This document shows positions 60,002-64,000 of a stretch of DNA of 64,000 nucleotides, piece by piece. The translations under genes were made by a program, and so were the position numbers. Source of the DNA: Octopus sinensis (Eukaryota); the NCBI RefSeq assembly GCF_006345805.1, contig NC_042997.1, forward strand, positions 154,318,001 to 154,382,000, given 5' to 3'. How positions within the stretch are numbered: the first letter of the stretch is position 1; each line of letters begins with the position of its first letter. The notes beneath the pieces were generated by a model. The model saw only the letters and a list, made by a program, of their open reading frames with translations. It was not told the DNA's origin and did not search any database.

Positions 60002-62530
60002 GATGTACAACTAAGAGAAAGAGTATTCAACAGATACATTAGAATTCATTTGAAATTTATCAGTCACTCCATTGCTATTCAGATAATTTATTTCTTGCTT
60101 GAAGGATTTACACTTGCATACACATAAAGGAGAGATGACGGTCTTTATTTTTTTAAAGTTTTGGGGTTATTGCAATAAGTAATTACTTGTCATGAAATCA
60201 CATTTGCTAATGCATAGTTAAAATGTTTGGTGATGATAAAGCCATGTTGGTAATTTAATCTGAAGTATTATTTGTTGAAGATATATCATGTTTTTTTTTG
60301 AAGAAAAAATAAAAAAAAATATTTTGAAATATTTTTTGACACAGCATAAAGACAATTATTTGAGATTAAGGATGTTAAGTGAATGAACAATTAATTACTG
60401 GTACTAATTTATTTACATCGAACTCCTTCAGTGAAGTTTTGAATGCTGGACATTGGGGTTTCAAACTAAGTATAGTAAAACCTCCAGTTGAATATTCTAC
60501 CATCGCAATAAATCTTTTTTTTTTGTTTTCATAGTTAACGAATAATGTTAAGTAATTTTCTTATATTAGAAAGAGCTGTCCATGTTAGGCCAGCAAATTT
60601 AGTTTTTTTCTAATCAGATTTATCTGTTGGGAAAGCTGCTAAGTTTCTTTTTCACTAATTATCTATTTTGTGGTGTGTGTTTTTATCTTTTAGTCGGCTG
60701 GGAAGGCAGTGCCTGTAACCCTTTACATAGTCTCCAAGACTGGTGGAAGAAGGGGAGGAAAGTATTCTCATAGGGATACTGGCCCAAATGCTTGCAACAG
60801 AGTGGACTCTGTTAAAAATATCCCAAAGTATCACATGGTGGTGTTAATCCAGGTAACAGATTAAGTCTGTTACTCAGATAGGCCATGGCAGGATTTGAAC
60901 TCAATGTAATGAGCTGGAAGAAATATTGCAAGGTATCCAGTCTGACTTTCTTACAGTTCTCCCTACTCACCTCCTTGGATTTGTACTTGTTTTTCCATTG
61001 ATTCAGAAAGGAATGAAAGGCTAATTTAAACTCAGTGTGAAGAGAGTTGGAACAAATACCACTAGGTATTTTATTTGATTCTCCAACTACTCTGCCAGTT
61101 TGCTTCTATTTATTCATGTTATTTTTTTTGCTAACGATATAAGTTAGATAGTTTTGTAAAAACCTGTTTGTCAGTATGGAATCATGAAGCTGACAATTTA
61201 GTTCACTGGATGAGGAAAGTTGAATAATTGGATTTGCAGGTGTTGATTTGATTTTTTTGATTCTCAAGTCCATCATTAAAAAAAGTTAAAAAAAAACAAC
61301 AAAAAAAATTGTCATTCACTACACACTAAGTTCCACTAAAAACTGAACTGGTATCTTATCTCTTCAGACACTTTTAATCATGCCTTTGTGAAATCAAAAA
61401 TTTCTAAATTTCTTCCTACGCATTTGAAAAGTAAGAAATGAGAAATTTTATCAAGAATTATATAATCACGTTAACTGCAAATTTCTATGAACCAAAAAGC
61501 ATGGCAAACGCATCATGGAAACATATTCATAATATAAATTCACAAACTACAACATTGTCATTTCTTACATAACTTTAATTAGATAATTTATTTTATATTA
61601 CATTGTCTCATTCACTAAATTGATAGATTGCTTTTTTTTAACAAACTATAAAACAAACATTTTGTCTTTTCCTGAAAGCAAAAATTTTTATGATCTCATA
61701 AAAAAGATTGATTTAAATTTGATAAAGGAAAATTGGAATGAATTCTTTTTGTTTTTTCTTCGTCTATGCTGCCAAAAGAGGAGGAAGAAGATCCAAGAAT
61801 GAAGCATTAGATGTAAAATAATTGTTCATTTTTGCTTCTCATTAAGATTTGGAGACCATTGATATGTTCCATGTATCCTAAGTTTTAAACTGGTTGTGGT
61901 GGAAGGATCTAACAGAATGGCAACACTTATTAACTTCGTTGCTTTACTTTTGAGCTTCATTTTTGCATAATAATTATTTTCAATCATTTGTTTCATCCTC
62001 ACTGGGTTTATTTAAATGACAAAAGAAAAGAAAGAAAAAGGAAAAAGAAAGTAAATTATTGGTAAGTGAAAAAAGAAAAAAATAATGGTTAAGTTTTGGT
62101 TGGATTTGTGTTTTACTTCTTTGCTGAAATGTAAAAATTGTTACATTATTGGATGTCATGAGAAGTAGAAGAGAGGAGATAAAAAAAAATGGGGGATGCT
62201 TCTTTCTGTGAAAGATTCTACACTTAATTTTTTTTCATTGCATTTTGTGATCAGAAAACCTTTCATATGTCCTTCCTCTTATTAGTGATAATGATTAGAT
62301 AAATAAAACTGTCATCTGTCATAATGTTGGCTTGTGTTATCAATAGACATTTCCACTTTACAAATGGTGGAAGAAGAAGAAAAAAATTACTTCAACATTA
62401 AAAGAAAATGATAATAATTATTGGTTTAGCATTTTCAGTGTTTGGTCTCCTTAATTGGTATGATTGGAAACAACAGAACATCTCATAACATCCCAGAATC
62501 TGCATTACCCTTATATTATCTATATTTCCT

Positions 62531-62868
62531 GTGAAGGCACATGGCTCAGTGGTTAGAGCGTGGAGCTTACGATTGTGAGGTTGTGAGCTCGAATCCCCGG
62601 ACTTGGCTGCGTGTTGTGTTCTTGAGCAAGACACTTTATTTCACGTTGCTCCAGTCCACTCAGCTGTAGAAATGAGTTGCAATGTCACAGGTGCCGAGCT
62701 GTATCGGCCCTTGCTTTTCCCTTGGATTACACTCGTGGCGTGGAGAGGGGAGGCCGGTATGCATGGGCGACTGCGGGTCTTCCATAAAAAACTTGCCCGG
62801 ACTTGTACCTTGAAGGGTAACTTTCTAGGTGCAGTCCCATTGTCAGTGTCATGACTGAAGGGGGTCTC
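62531..62868 (+). mobile_element. Near full-length tRNA-derived SINE
   Basis: A box TGGCTCAGTGGTTAGAGC, B box GCTCGAATCCC; non-tRNA body shared with 45250-45420. Confidence 0.85.
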
Positions 62869-63554
62869 AGAATTTCCTGTATGGTAAAGAAGCATTGACA
62901 ATATGCCAGAACGATTGAATATATTAAAAGTCTTTCAAGTGATATCATCATAGTTTTAACATCCACTTTTTCTTGCTTCCATTGGTCAAACAGAATTCAC
63001 TGTGGCTAATTTTCTGCTGTAGGATGTCCTTGTTTTTTAAGCAAGATCATATTTCCTCATAATTGAGCATGCCTTTATGGAAGATTAGAAATACCACTTG
63101 CATAACGAAACAAGGATGTCCACATACACAACAAGCTTCTTTCAATTTTCATTTATCAAATCACTTCACCAAGCTTCAGTCAGGTCAGCTTTATGGTAGA
63201 AAACACCCAATGGGTCATGCAGTGGGAATGAATCTGAAACTATATAGTTCTAAAGCATTTTTTAAGCACACAAACATGCTTGTGCCTCATCAAATCTGCA
63301 GTATTTTGCAGATTAAGAATATGTTGAATGCCCACTAACAATGATCAGAGGTTGTAATCATTTCTGAGTTAATTCAGAAACGATTTTTCTGGTGAGACCA
63401 TCTGAATCAAATGGATAATTTAGAACAACCTTTTAAACTACTTACATTGCTGGTCACAAAATTGGAAAATGCAGACAAGAACACTGAAAACGATCCAAAA
63501 AAGATCTGGAGAAACAAAAGTTAGCCATTAAAAGTGATTTTTAAAAATTTGTTT

Positions 63555-63935
63555 CAGTCAATTGACTGCAGCCATGCTGGAGCACCACCTTTTAGTCGAG
63601 CAAATCGACCATGAGACTTTTTCTTTGTAAGCCCAGTACTTATTCTATCGGTTTCTTTTGCTGAACTGCTAATTTATGGGGATGTAAGTAAACACACCAG
63701 CATCAGTTGTCAAGCGATGTTGGGGGGACAAACACAGACACAAACATATACACATACATATATATACATATATGTGACAGGCTTCTTTCAGTTTCTGTCT
63801 ACCAAAATCCACTCACAAGGCTTTGGTTAGCCCAAGGCTATAGCAGAAGACACTTGCCCAAGGTACCATGCAATGGGACTGAACCTGGAACCATGTGGTT
63901 GGTAAAGCAAGCTACTTACCCCACAACTACTCTTA
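63555..63935 (-). mobile_element. SINE family A full copy
   Basis: Collinear with 3508-3868. Confidence 0.88.
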
Positions 63936-64000
63936 TGCATTAGTGATGTACAACTAACAAGAAAAAAATGTTGAAGAAAATTGTGTGAGTGACAGATAGA

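Noticed and set aside
62531-62605. Possible tRNA gene
   Set aside because: A and B boxes are present, but there is no clean acceptor stem or T-run terminator, and it continues into a SINE body found elsewhere in the window.

Overview
AT-rich, repeat-dense animal genomic DNA. The SINE, RTE-LINE and MITE families with (GAT)n tails and the microsatellite load point to an octopus/cephalopod genome; this is inferred from recalled repeat families, not from a search. One protein-coding gene is well supported: a + strand VMP1 (vacuole membrane protein 1/TMEM49, DedA/VTT-domain ER scramblase) orthologue. It has 10 coding exons between 34242 and 52156, all introns GT-AG with consistent phases, a 1266-nt CDS and 421 aa. 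I found no supportable coding exon in 1-34.2 kb or after 52.2 kb. The rest is a mosaic of tRNA-derived SINEs, RTE/CR1/Penelope retroelement remnants, Tc1/mariner and piggyBac-type remnants/MITEs, Helitron/Helentron non-autonomous elements and microsatellites. The most interesting non-gene signals are: (1) a core-intact type-I hammerhead ribozyme in sense orientation inside the VMP1 intron between coding exons 2 and 3, in a ~230-bp unit inserted into (TA)n; (2) a 5S rRNA fragment fused to an RTE-LINE 3' tail (SINE3-like chimera); (3) a near-perfect 49-bp-stem hairpin ~120 nt upstream of a VMP1 exon; (4) a perfect four-tier G-quadruplex motif just after the stop codon/AATAAA; (5) an overlapping uORF whose stop overlaps a second in-frame ATG.
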